The notes below the pieces were generated by a model. That model worked only from the letters and a program-made list of their open reading frames with translations, was not told the origin of the DNA and did no database searches. 64,000 nt of DNA. It comes from Bacteroidota bacterium (GTDB lineage Bacteria > Bacteroidota > Ignavibacteria > UBA10030). A program made the position numbers and the translations under genes. The stretch is taken from the NCBI GenBank assembly GCA_026416125.1, contig JAOAFT010000003.1:82022-146021 (forward strand). Reading direction: 5' to 3'. Numbering within the stretch: the stretch's first letter is position 1; every line of letters starts with the position of its first letter. Below, piece by piece: positions 18,832-29,257 of this stretch.

Positions 18832-20226
18832 ATGTTTCGATCAATTAAAAAGTTACATTTTGTTGGCATTGGTGGCATTGGGATGAGTGGAATCGCAGAA
18901 ATTTTACTTGACCAGGGTTTTAAAATTAGTGGGTCAGATCGAGTTCTGTCGGAAGTAACAGAGCGGCTCCAATCACTTGGTGCTGAAGTGTTTGAGGGAC
19001 ACAGGGCAGAAAATGTTGGGCCGGATGTTGATACTGTGGTGTATTCTTCTGCAGTTTCGTTGGATAATCCTGAAATTCTTGAAGCACAACGGCGGAAAAT
19101 TCCTGTTGTTCGCCGTGCAGAAATGCTCGCTGAAGTAATGCGGTTGAAGTATGGCATTGGGATAGCAGGAACACATGGGAAAACAACAACGACTTCCATG
19201 GTTGGACTAATTTTAATGGAGGGTGGACTCGATCCTACAGTCGTCGTCGGGGGGAAATTGAGTGGACTCGGTGGGACCAACGCTCGACTCGGACGTGGAG
19301 AATTTATTGTAGTCGAAGCAGATGAGTTCGATCGATCATTTCTTTCTATTACGCCCACTATCGCTGTACTCACAACACTCGAAGTTGATCATCTTGATTG
19401 CTATCGTGATCTCGATGATATTAAAAATGCTTTTGTTCAATTTGCCAGTAAAGTGCCATTTTATGGCTTCGTTGTCCTCTGTCTCGATGATCCCGCACTT
19501 CTTGATATTATGCCGCAGTTGACCAAGAAAAAAATTATTACGTATGGTCTCACACCCCAAGCCGATATTCAAGCTATTGATGTTCAATTCAAGAATAATA
19601 CATCAACCTTTACCACTCTTCGAGCTGGTAAAGAACTAGGTACTGTTACGCTTCAGGTTCCAGGAACACACAATGTGCAGAATGCACTTGGTGCAATGGC
19701 AGTAGGCCTTGAGTTGGGAATTCCGTTTGAAACAATTCGAGCAGCAATCGAAAAATTTACAGGAGTATACAGGCGTTGGGAAAAAAAAGGAGAAGTGCGT
19801 GGTGTTGTTCTGTACGATGACTACGCACATCACCCCACAGAGTGTAAGGCAACATTACTTGGGGCTAAGAATGGTTGGCGACGCCGTATCGTTTGTGTTT
19901 TCCAACCACACCTCTATACACGTACGAGGGATTTTTATGAAGAGTTTGCAAAGGCATTCTTACTTGCAGATGTGTTAGTTGTAACAGATGTTTATCCGGC
20001 ACGGGAGGAACCAATTCAAGGTGTAACGGGAGAGCTCATTATTGATGCAGCGAAAAAGTTTGGCCATAAAGAGGCATACTATGTGCCTCAGAAAACAGAC
20101 GTACCAGTGTTCTTACGGACACTCGTAAAGGAAGGAGATATTGTAATTACGATGGGAGCGGGGGATATCTGGAAGTATGGTGAAGTCTTCTTGAAACAGA
20201 TGCAGGAGGAAGTGGATGCAGTATGA
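18832..20226 (+). CDS. murC: UDP-N-acetylmuramate--L-alanine ligase MurC
   Basis: N-terminus MFRSIKKLHFVGIGGIGMSGIAE, Mur ligase P-loop GTHGKTTTT. The internal ATG at 18832 fits the family and avoids overlap with the inserted gene. Confidence 0.9.
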   Translation: MFRSIKKLHFVGIGGIGMSGIAEILLDQGFKISGSDRVLSEVTERLQSLGAEVFEGHRAENVGPDVDTVVYSSAVSLDNPEILEAQRRKIPVVRRAEMLAEVMRLKYGIGIAGTHGKTTTTSMVGLILMEGGLDPTVVVGGKLSGLGGTNARLGRGEFIVVEADEFDRSFLSITPTIAVLTTLEVDHLDCYRDLDDIKNAFVQFASKVPFYGFVVLCLDDPALLDIMPQLTKKKIITYGLTPQADIQAIDVQFKNNTSTFTTLRAGKELGTVTLQVPGTHNVQNALGAMAVGLELGIPFETIRAAIEKFTGVYRRWEKKGEVRGVVLYDDYAHHPTECKATLLGAKNGWRRRIVCVFQPHLYTRTRDFYEEFAKAFLLADVLVVTDVYPAREEPIQGVTGELIIDAAKKFGHKEAYYVPQKTDVPVFLRTLVKEGDIVITMGAGDIWKYGEVFLKQMQEEVDAV

Positions 20227-21128
20227 TTTCAATGAGTGAGATCCAAAAGTTTTTCCGAGGTGCTATACGTGTCAACGAACCAATGGCTAACCATACGTGG
20301 ATGAAGGTTGGTGGGCCAGCTGATTGGTATGCTGAACCACGTGATCGGGAAGATCTTGTAGCGCTCATTGAATACCTGCAGAAGCAAGGAGCTCCATTCG
20401 TTGTTATTGGTCGGGGGAGCAACATACTTGTGAGTGATGCTGGAGTACGGGGAGCAGTGATTAATGTGGAACAAGCACTCCAAACATTAACAAAAAAGAA
20501 TGGGAAAGTTTTCGCTGAAGCAGGTGTACGATTAACGCATTTTGTCGATTTCTGTATTCAACATGAACTTGCTGGTGTCGAAATGCTTGCAGGAATTCCC
20601 GGTACAGTTGGTGGTGCAGTTGTAATGAATGCAGGTGCGTACGGTGGGACAATTTCCGACTACATTGCAGAAGTTGAAGTAATTCGCAACGGTACAGTTG
20701 CTCTGGTTTCAAAGGAACAGGCTGAGTTTTCATATAGGCATTCAGGATTTACGAACGATGTTGTTCTCTCCGCTTTATTCCTTTTACCAAAAGGGAAAAA
20801 AGAGGAATTAGCTCAGCGTCGTCGGGAGTGTGTGCTCAAACGAAATCAAACGCAACCGTTAGAATTCCCAAATTTAGGAAGTATGTTTAAAAATCCACCG
20901 AACGCATACGCTGCGCAACTTATTGAACAGGCAGGATTGAAGGGAAAACGTATCGGTGGTGCACAAGTATCGGAAAAACATGCCAACTTCATTGTAAATC
21001 TTGGAAATGCCACGGCAACAGATGTCATGCATTTAGTAGATCTTGTACAACGAACGGTTTACCAACACTTTGGTGTTTTGTTGGAATTAGAAGTTAAACT
21101 CGTAGGATTTTCACCGCAGCAGGGATAG
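20223..21128 (+). CDS. murB: UDP-N-acetylenolpyruvoylglucosamine reductase MurB
   Basis: FAD-binding domain (GGPADW, RGSNILVSD) and MurB C-terminal domain. ATGA overlap with murC. Confidence 0.9.
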   Translation: MISMSEIQKFFRGAIRVNEPMANHTWMKVGGPADWYAEPRDREDLVALIEYLQKQGAPFVVIGRGSNILVSDAGVRGAVINVEQALQTLTKKNGKVFAEAGVRLTHFVDFCIQHELAGVEMLAGIPGTVGGAVVMNAGAYGGTISDYIAEVEVIRNGTVALVSKEQAEFSYRHSGFTNDVVLSALFLLPKGKKEELAQRRRECVLKRNQTQPLEFPNLGSMFKNPPNAYAAQLIEQAGLKGKRIGGAQVSEKHANFIVNLGNATATDVMHLVDLVQRTVYQHFGVLLELEVKLVGFSPQQG

Positions 21129-21132
21129 TTCG

Positions 21133-21897
21133 ATGGGGCTTGAGCAACAAGGGAAAATAGGATTGGGAGTGCTCCTTGCAGTTGTTGTGGGTGCAGTATG
21201 TATGGCACACGTGTGGAAAACATCGCTTGTAGTGAAACAGTGTGTGGTTGAAGGAAATCGGCTAGTGGCTTCGAATGAGATAGTACAACTCATGGGTGTA
21301 CAACCAGGAATACCGCTATTTAAAGTAGATCTTTCGGAGGTGCAAGCAAATGTTCTCAATCATTATTACGTCAAGGAAGCAATTGTGAAGCGTAACTTGC
21401 CACATACTATTACCGTCACAGTTGTGGAGAGAGTACCGATTGCAATTCTGAACGTTGGTACTCTTTGCTACATTGACGAAGAGGGTATTGTACTTCCGAG
21501 TACAATCTCAACTAAAATTCTTGATCTCCCATTGATCAGTAATGTACAATCGGTTGAAAAAGTACTATTAGGTACTCGGGTAACATCGGAAAGCCTTACA
21601 GAGGCATTACAGTTGCTTCGGTTGATGAAAGAAATGAATAGAGTACTGTTTCACAATATTTCGGAAATTGTACTTGAAAACAATGGTGATTTAAAGCTTA
21701 TAACAGCAGAAAATTGTGTTCCTATTTTTATTGGTCGAGGGAACATCGAGGAAAAATTTGTAAAGCTGGAAGCGTTCTGGAATCAAGTACTTCAGGTACG
21801 TGGCACAGGAACGGTACAATACATCGATGTTCGGTTTTCGAATCAAATTGTAGTCCGATGGGATGGCACTGAATTCAAGAAAAAAACTCGTTTGTAA
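21133..21897 (+). CDS. ftsQ: Cell division protein FtsQ/DivIB (POTRA domain)
   Basis: Single N-terminal TM followed by a POTRA-like domain. Position before ftsA. Confidence 0.7.
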   Translation: MGLEQQGKIGLGVLLAVVVGAVCMAHVWKTSLVVKQCVVEGNRLVASNEIVQLMGVQPGIPLFKVDLSEVQANVLNHYYVKEAIVKRNLPHTITVTVVERVPIAILNVGTLCYIDEEGIVLPSTISTKILDLPLISNVQSVEKVLLGTRVTSESLTEALQLLRLMKEMNRVLFHNISEIVLENNGDLKLITAENCVPIFIGRGNIEEKFVKLEAFWNQVLQVRGTGTVQYIDVRFSNQIVVRWDGTEFKKKTRL

Positions 21898-21917
21898 ATA
21901 TTTGAAGGGTTTGTTGT

Positions 21918-23156
21918 ATGAACCAAAACATAGCGGTTGGTTTAGATATTGGCACGACAAAAGTATGCGCAATTGTTGCGTGTCCCGATGAGAATTATCC
22001 TGGCAAACTACGCATCTTAGGAATTGGACGCAGTCCATCGGATGGGTTAACGCGTGGAGTTGTAACAAACATCGATAAGACAATCAAAGCAATTCAAACG
22101 GCAGTACAAGATGCTGAGCAGCAATCGGGTGTAAAGATTAATTCGGTGACTGTTGGTATTGCTGGTGATCACATACAAAGCTTCCCAAGTCGAGGAGTTA
22201 TTAGTATTAGTCGTCCTGATAACGAAATCACTCGCGAAGATGTTGAACGGCTCATTGAAGATACGAAAAAGGTTGCGTTACCTCCAGACCGTAAAATTAT
22301 CCACGTCATTCCCCAAGAATTCATTGTTGATGGACAAAATGGTATATACGATCCAGTTGGAATGTCAGGGGTACGTATGGAGGCTGTTGTACACATTATT
22401 ACAGGGCTCGTTACAGCAGCACAGAACATTTACAAATGTGTCCAACGTGCAGGTCTTCATGTTAACGATATGGTTCTGGAACCACTTGCTTCAAGCTACG
22501 CAGTACTCGACGATGAAGAGAAAGAAGTTGGCGTTGTGCTCGTGGATATAGGTGGTGGAACAACAGATCTGGCAATCTTTGAAGAAAAAACAATTCGGCA
22601 CACAGCAGTCATTGGAATTGCAGGGAAGAAAGTGACCGATGACATTCGTAAAGGGTTTGGAATTCTCACAGAACAAGCTGAACACATAAAAATCAACTAT
22701 GGATATGCGTACAAGCCAGCAATAGTGGATAATCAGCCAATCATGTTACCAGGAATAGGTGGACGCCCCCCTATTGAAATCGATAAGGAAATTCTCTGTG
22801 GTGTTATTCAACCACGCATGGAAGAAATTTTAGAATTTGTTGGGCTTGAAATTCAACGCTCAGGGTTCTCGCGTCACCTTTCCGCTGGGGTAGTGCTCAC
22901 GGGTGGAGGATCATTGATTAAAGGAACTGCTGAGCTCGCAAAGCAAGTGCTCGGTATGCCTGTGAAAATCGGAACACCGACAGGATTTAGTTCGGGGTTG
23001 GTTCGTGAAATTGAAAATCCAATTTTTGCAACTGGTGTTGGGTTAGTTATCCACGAGTTGAAGTATCGTGATCGTACAGGTTTAAAAGCTGTTATTAACA
23101 ATGGAAAAGGGAAAACTATTCTCCGACGAATGAAAGAATGGTTTGAAGAGTTGTAA
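21918..23156 (+). CDS. ftsA: Cell division protein FtsA
   Basis: Actin-like ATPase fold (LDIGTTKVCAIV, VLVDIGGGTTD). Confidence 0.9.
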   Translation: MNQNIAVGLDIGTTKVCAIVACPDENYPGKLRILGIGRSPSDGLTRGVVTNIDKTIKAIQTAVQDAEQQSGVKINSVTVGIAGDHIQSFPSRGVISISRPDNEITREDVERLIEDTKKVALPPDRKIIHVIPQEFIVDGQNGIYDPVGMSGVRMEAVVHIITGLVTAAQNIYKCVQRAGLHVNDMVLEPLASSYAVLDDEEKEVGVVLVDIGGGTTDLAIFEEKTIRHTAVIGIAGKKVTDDIRKGFGILTEQAEHIKINYGYAYKPAIVDNQPIMLPGIGGRPPIEIDKEILCGVIQPRMEEILEFVGLEIQRSGFSRHLSAGVVLTGGGSLIKGTAELAKQVLGMPVKIGTPTGFSSGLVREIENPIFATGVGLVIHELKYRDRTGLKAVINNGKGKTILRRMKEWFEEL

Positions 23157-23220
23157 GGTATCATAGTAATGATCAAGGTGTACAATTAGGTATTTATTCA
23201 CTAACATAAGGAGACCCACC

Positions 23221-24396
23221 GTGTCAATAGAACTCGATCTACCAAGGAATAACGGCGCTCGGATTCGCGTCGTTGGTGTCGGCGGCGGGGGAGGGAATGC
23301 CGTCAACAGCATGATTGAAAAGCGATTAGTTGGTGTTGATTTTGTAGCGATCAATACCGACCTCCAGGCACTCGGACTTAATAAGGCGCCTGTGAAAATT
23401 CAAGTTGGGAAAACACTCACGCGAGGATTAGGTGCTGGCTCTGATCCTAGTATTGGGTATCGAGCTGTTGAGGAAGATCGGGAAGAAGTAGCCCAAGCCC
23501 TTGCGGGGTGTGATATGGTGTTTGTCACTGCTACAATGGGTGGTGGAACGGGAACTGGTGGCGCACCATTGGTGGCAAACATTGCAAAAAGTCTTGGTGC
23601 ACTTGTAGTTGGTATTGTTACAAAACCATTCGAGCATGAAAACAAAAAAAGAATGGCACAGGCTGAGCAAGGGATCGAAGAGTTGCGGAAAAACGTTGAT
23701 ACACTCATTGTCATTCCCAATCAGCGTGTCCTCGACCTAGTTGATCGCCGAACAACGCTTATAGAAGCGTTCGAACTCATTAACCAAGTGCTCTACAGTG
23801 CAACACGTGGCATATCTGAAGTTATTACTGTACCAGGCTACATCAATGTGGATTTCGCAGATGTGCGTACAATTATGAAAGAACAAGGTGATGCACTTAT
23901 GGGAACAGGAATTGCAAGTGGTGACGATCGTGCTACAGAAGCAGCTCAGAAAGCTATTTCAAGTCCACTCCTTGAGGGGGTTTCTATTGCAGGGGCTCAA
24001 GGAGTACTCATCAACATTACAAGTGGCCCTAATTTGGGTATTGTAGAAGTTGATGAAATCCTTGGTATTATTAAAACTGCTGCTGGTGAAGAGGCAAATG
24101 TGATTCCCGGTGTAGTTATTGATGAATCCATGACGGAAGAAATTATGGTTACAGTGATTGCTACTGGATTCAATAAGCGACCAGCTGCTGTCCAACGACC
24201 ATTAAAGTCTATCAATCGTCTCATCGATCAAGTACCAAAAGGGCCTGTAGAGCTCTCAAAGTATGACATCCCTGCATACGAACGGAGAGGCGTTGAACGA
24301 CCGCTAGCACAGCGCTTACAAGAAAAACCGCTTGAAGAGAAGATTGATAAAACGGATCTCGATCGTCCAGCGTTTCTGCGTAAGATGATGGATTAA
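23221..24396 (+). CDS. ftsZ: Cell division GTPase FtsZ
   Basis: Tubulin signature GGGTGTG (ATMGGGTGTGGAP). N-terminus IRVVGVGGGGGNAVN. Confidence 0.95.
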   Translation: MSIELDLPRNNGARIRVVGVGGGGGNAVNSMIEKRLVGVDFVAINTDLQALGLNKAPVKIQVGKTLTRGLGAGSDPSIGYRAVEEDREEVAQALAGCDMVFVTATMGGGTGTGGAPLVANIAKSLGALVVGIVTKPFEHENKKRMAQAEQGIEELRKNVDTLIVIPNQRVLDLVDRRTTLIEAFELINQVLYSATRGISEVITVPGYINVDFADVRTIMKEQGDALMGTGIASGDDRATEAAQKAISSPLLEGVSIAGAQGVLINITSGPNLGIVEVDEILGIIKTAAGEEANVIPGVVIDESMTEEIMVTVIATGFNKRPAAVQRPLKSINRLIDQVPKGPVELSKYDIPAYERRGVERPLAQRLQEKPLEEKIDKTDLDRPAFLRKMMD

Positions 24397-24443
24397 CTAC
24401 TCACACCTTGTACCAACACGGTGGGGAGTTGGTGTGAGATTTC

Positions 24444-24477
24444 CCGCCTTCTCAGCACTTTACAACGAGAAGGCGGG
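24444..24477 (+). terminator. Strong hairpin (11-bp stem, 12-nt loop) downstream of ftsZ: candidate dcw-operon terminator
   Basis: cccgccttctc at 24444-24454 pairs with gagaaggcggg at 24467-24477. A weaker 8-bp hairpin precedes it (24400-24438). The following T-tract is poor, so rho-independent function is uncertain. Confidence 0.4.
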
Positions 24478-24667
24478 TGGTGCACTTTCAGTTGAGGCTG
24501 TTCCTTGGTTGGAAAAACAGGAAAAGGATGTACAATACGGTTACTTCGAGAAATAATTTCAATCGATTCTGATTAGTTCAAAGTTAGCCCGGATAACTCC
24601 GTTAAATTTTTTGATATAGAGGGAGGAAGTGGGAGAATCATTGCTTTTCCTGCAAATTTTGTCTTAA

Positions 24668-26017
<1,350 letters not shown>

Positions 26018-26030
26018 CCTTAACAAGTTG

Positions 26031-26066
26031 GAGGAGTTGGGATACAGCACTGCATTCCAACTCCTC
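26031..26066 (+). terminator. Hairpin (10-bp stem) between eno and the phosphohexomutase gene: candidate attenuator or partial terminator
   Basis: gaggagttgg at 26031-26040 pairs with ccaactcctc at 26057-26066, with a 16-nt loop. No clear U-tract follows. The RBS GGAGGA sits 8 nt downstream. Confidence 0.35.
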
Positions 26067-26084
26067 ATTGTATGGAGGATCCTC

Positions 26085-27482
26085 ATGGGTGTTCAGATTA
26101 AGTTTGGTACAGATGGGTGGCGTGGCGTTATAGCCGCAGATTTTACATTTGACAATATTGCAAGAGTAGCACTTGCGACAGCTACAGTTTACAAGCGCCA
26201 TAAGAAGATTAAAAACGGGATTGTTGTTGGCTACGATGCACGATTCCTTTCGAGAGAATTTGCAGAAAAAGTTTCAGAGGTTCTTGCAAATAAAGGTATA
26301 AAAGTAATTCTCTCCGATACCATTTCCTCCACACCGATGGTTTCTTTACTCACCAAAAAGCTTAATGCTGCTGCTGGGATTATCATAACAGCGAGTCACA
26401 ATCCCGCAAAGTACAATGGATATAAAATAAAAGGGGATTTTGGGGGACCAGCGCATCCGGAGTCGATTGGGAAAGTAGAAAAAGCATTGAAGAAAGTACT
26501 TCGGTCAAACGTTGCTGTGAAAAAGACATTCGCTGAGTTGGTCAAAAACAGGAATATTATTGAGAAAAACTTTACGACTGAGTACGTTCAAGATATTAAA
26601 ACGAAAATAGACATAGATGCCATTGTGGCGGCAGGAATAAAAATTGCTTACGACGCAATGCATGGATCAGGACAACGAGTACTTGAACAAATCGTACCAG
26701 TACATACAACTCTCCGCAATACGTTCAACCCATCGTTTGGTGGAGCACATCCAGAGCCTTTACCACAACACCTTAAAATGCTGCAGGAGGCAGTTGTTAC
26801 AAACGCTTGTGACATTGGGATTGCTACCGATGGAGATGCGGATCGAGTAGGTGCCTTTGATGAACAAGGGAACTTTGTGAACTCGCACCGCATTTTTGCT
26901 GTGCTTTTAAAATACCTTGTTGAAGAAAAACAACTTAAAGGTGAAGTGGCAAAATCAATTTCAGTAAGCCAACTTATCACGAAAATGTGTACGAAATATG
27001 GACTGACACTCTATGAAACACCAGTTGGATTTAAATATCTCTGCCGATTAATGACTGAACGTGATATTCTTATTGCAGGTGAAGAGAGTGGAGGATTGGG
27101 AATTAAGGGACATCTTCCAGAGCGCGATGGCATCTACATTGGTTTACTCTTATGTGAGATCATGGCGAAAAGAAAGAAGAAGCTCAGTGAGCTTGTAAAT
27201 GAAGTGATGAATGACTTTGGGTGGGTATATTACGATCGCTACGATGCTCATCTTACGGAGAAAGAAAAACAACGTATACTTGCTTCGTACAAGAAAGGTG
27301 TACGGTCTCTAGCTGGATTTACTGTTCAGCGTGTTGATAAAACAGATGGGTTTAAATTATTCATTGAGAATGGGTGGGTTTTAGTCCGTGCTTCAGGCAC
27401 AGAGCCACTCATTAGGTTCTACGCTGAAGCTGAAACACCTGAGAAAGTGTCAATGTTATTGAAAGCTGCACGTTCAGTGTGA
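26085..27482 (+). CDS. Phosphoglucomutase/phosphomannomutase family protein (alpha-D-phosphohexomutase)
   Basis: GGAGGA RBS and ATG at 26085 (MGVQIKFGTDGWRG). Active-site serine loop TASHNPAKYNGYK and Mg-binding DGDADR motif. Confidence 0.8.
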   Translation: MGVQIKFGTDGWRGVIAADFTFDNIARVALATATVYKRHKKIKNGIVVGYDARFLSREFAEKVSEVLANKGIKVILSDTISSTPMVSLLTKKLNAAAGIIITASHNPAKYNGYKIKGDFGGPAHPESIGKVEKALKKVLRSNVAVKKTFAELVKNRNIIEKNFTTEYVQDIKTKIDIDAIVAAGIKIAYDAMHGSGQRVLEQIVPVHTTLRNTFNPSFGGAHPEPLPQHLKMLQEAVVTNACDIGIATDGDADRVGAFDEQGNFVNSHRIFAVLLKYLVEEKQLKGEVAKSISVSQLITKMCTKYGLTLYETPVGFKYLCRLMTERDILIAGEESGGLGIKGHLPERDGIYIGLLLCEIMAKRKKKLSELVNEVMNDFGWVYYDRYDAHLTEKEKQRILASYKKGVRSLAGFTVQRVDKTDGFKLFIENGWVLVRASGTEPLIRFYAEAETPEKVSMLLKAARSV

Positions 27483-27510
27483 GTGTCTAGTGCTGTATGG
27501 TTGTTGAAAG

Positions 27511-27545
27511 AGCCTCCGAATTTTCTTCGGAGGCTTTTCTGTTTC
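27511..27545 (+). terminator. Rho-independent terminator
   Basis: agcctccgaa at 27511-27520 and ttcggaggct at 27526-27535 form a 10-bp stem with a 5-nt loop, followed by TTTTCTGTTT. Confidence 0.7.
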
Positions 27546-27590
27546 ACAGTTGTGTGAGAGGTACGTGGTACGTGTTTATGGGGATGATTC

Positions 27591-29015
27591 ATGGTAGAGA
27601 ATACTCCATACCAACGTGGCGATGAAGTAATTCTAGAAATCGAAACAGCCGCATTCGAAGGCAAATCGATTGCACGCCTTGGTTCTTTTGTTGTTTTCGT
27701 TGAAGGCGCTGTGCCAGGTGATAGAGTACGCGCACGTCTTACTAAAATTAAGAGAAATTATGGTGAAGCCCAGGTAACAGAAATACTCACTCCATCGAAA
27801 GATCGTACTGAACCACGATGTCCATACTTTGGTGGGTGCGGTGGGTGCAGGTGGCAACATGTAACGTACGAAACACAACTTCGATATAAACAACAGCACG
27901 TGCTCGATGCCTTTGAGCGCATTGCTGGTTTTCGTGCTGTACCGCTCCAACCGATTATTGGATCCCAAGAACAGTACGCGTATAGAAATAAAATGGAATT
28001 TTCTTTTGCATCGGAACAATGGAAGTGGAAGGGAATGAAAGAAACACTCGTACCTGTTTACCTTGGTCTCCACGTTCCTCAACGATACGATAAAGTTCTC
28101 GATATTGAGACCTGTTATTTACAGTCTGAGCGACTCAATCGTCTGTTATCTGCTACACGCGATTTTGCACGATCACACCAACTAACAGTATACAATTCAA
28201 AGTCCCATACAGGTTTTTTGCGGTTCCTTGTTCTCCGTGAAACTAAAAACACGAACCAAGTACTCATAAATCTTGTTACCTCTGATGTAAACGATGCTAT
28301 AGTAAGTACGTATGTTGCACACATCCGTTCGGTTGAACCAACAGTAACTACAATTGTCAATACCGTTAATCGACGGAAAGCACAAATTGCAACTGGTGAT
28401 GAGGTACGAGTCGCCTACGGCGAAGGTTTTATTGAGGAACGAATAGGAGATTTCCGTTTTGCAATTTCGGCAGAATCATTCTTCCAAACGAACTCGCTTC
28501 AGGCAGAGAAACTCTATAGTGTTGTAAAAAGACTTGGACAGTTTTCACCGAATGATGTTGTGTATGATCTCTACTGCGGGACGGGATCAATTAGCATCTA
28601 TGTATCGAATTGTGTTGCCAACGTTATTGGTATAGAAGTAGTAGAAAGCGCAATCCGCGATGCATGGAAGAACGCTGAGCTAAATGGAAGTAAGAATTGT
28701 GTTTTTGTCCAAGGAGATCTAAAAGAACGACTTACGACAAGTAATGGGTGGATGGAGCAATATCCAAAGCCAACAGTAATTATTCTTGATCCGCCTCGTA
28801 CAGGAATGCATCCAAAGGTTGTTGATCGTGTTTTGGAAATAGCACCAGATCGAATTATTTACGTAAGTTGTAATCCAACTACGCAAGCACGAGATGTCAA
28901 GCTGTTAAGTAGAGAGTATGAACTGTTGGTTGTACAACCTGTTGACATGTTCCCTCACACGTACCATGTTGAAAGTGTTGCATATCTTGTGCGAAAACAC
29001 CATTCTGCAGTTTGA
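27591..29015 (+). CDS. rlmD: 23S rRNA (uracil-C5)-methyltransferase, RlmD/RumA family (TRAM domain plus 4Fe-4S cluster)
   Basis: TRAM domain at the N-terminus. Cys cluster CPYFGGCGGCRWQH. SAM-MTase motifs (DLYCGTGSIS, ILDPPRTG). Confidence 0.8.
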   Translation: MVENTPYQRGDEVILEIETAAFEGKSIARLGSFVVFVEGAVPGDRVRARLTKIKRNYGEAQVTEILTPSKDRTEPRCPYFGGCGGCRWQHVTYETQLRYKQQHVLDAFERIAGFRAVPLQPIIGSQEQYAYRNKMEFSFASEQWKWKGMKETLVPVYLGLHVPQRYDKVLDIETCYLQSERLNRLLSATRDFARSHQLTVYNSKSHTGFLRFLVLRETKNTNQVLINLVTSDVNDAIVSTYVAHIRSVEPTVTTIVNTVNRRKAQIATGDEVRVAYGEGFIEERIGDFRFAISAESFFQTNSLQAEKLYSVVKRLGQFSPNDVVYDLYCGTGSISIYVSNCVANVIGIEVVESAIRDAWKNAELNGSKNCVFVQGDLKERLTTSNGWMEQYPKPTVIILDPPRTGMHPKVVDRVLEIAPDRIIYVSCNPTTQARDVKLLSREYELLVVQPVDMFPHTYHVESVAYLVRKHHSAV

Positions 29016-29134
29016 CGGCACGTATTTGCAGTTCGTTGAAATTTTTCTGCGGAATATCGATCATGAGTTTAATTTGTGAAAGTAGACTCCTAACTTACAT
29101 TTACTTGAATTTGCTGATAAATTTACCTTGCAAC

Positions 29135-29163
29135 TTGACAAACACAGAAAGTGGTTTTATATT
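29135..29163 (+). promoter_or_regulatory. Consensus-like sigma70 promoter (TTGACA, 17 nt spacer, TATATT) upstream of the pectin locus
   Basis: ttgaca at 29135-29140, a 17-nt spacer, then tatatt at 29158-29163, about 95 nt upstream of the GH28 ATG at 29258. Confidence 0.4.
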
Positions 29164-29257
29164 GCCAAGTGTTTGCGCGCTGGTGTAAAGGCTATAGCAG
29201 AAGTCATGCGCGGTGGCTTCTGGTGTTGTAATGATAACATATGTGTGTGAGGTTGTG

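Noticed and set aside
18795-19373. 192-aa ORF on the - strand inside murC
   Set aside because: Antisense to murC with a low-complexity Ser/Thr/Pro-rich product. Spurious.
20226-21133. Absence of a ddl gene between murC/murB and ftsQ
   Set aside because: Location of ddl outside the dcw cluster is common in many phyla. Not evidence of anything unusual.
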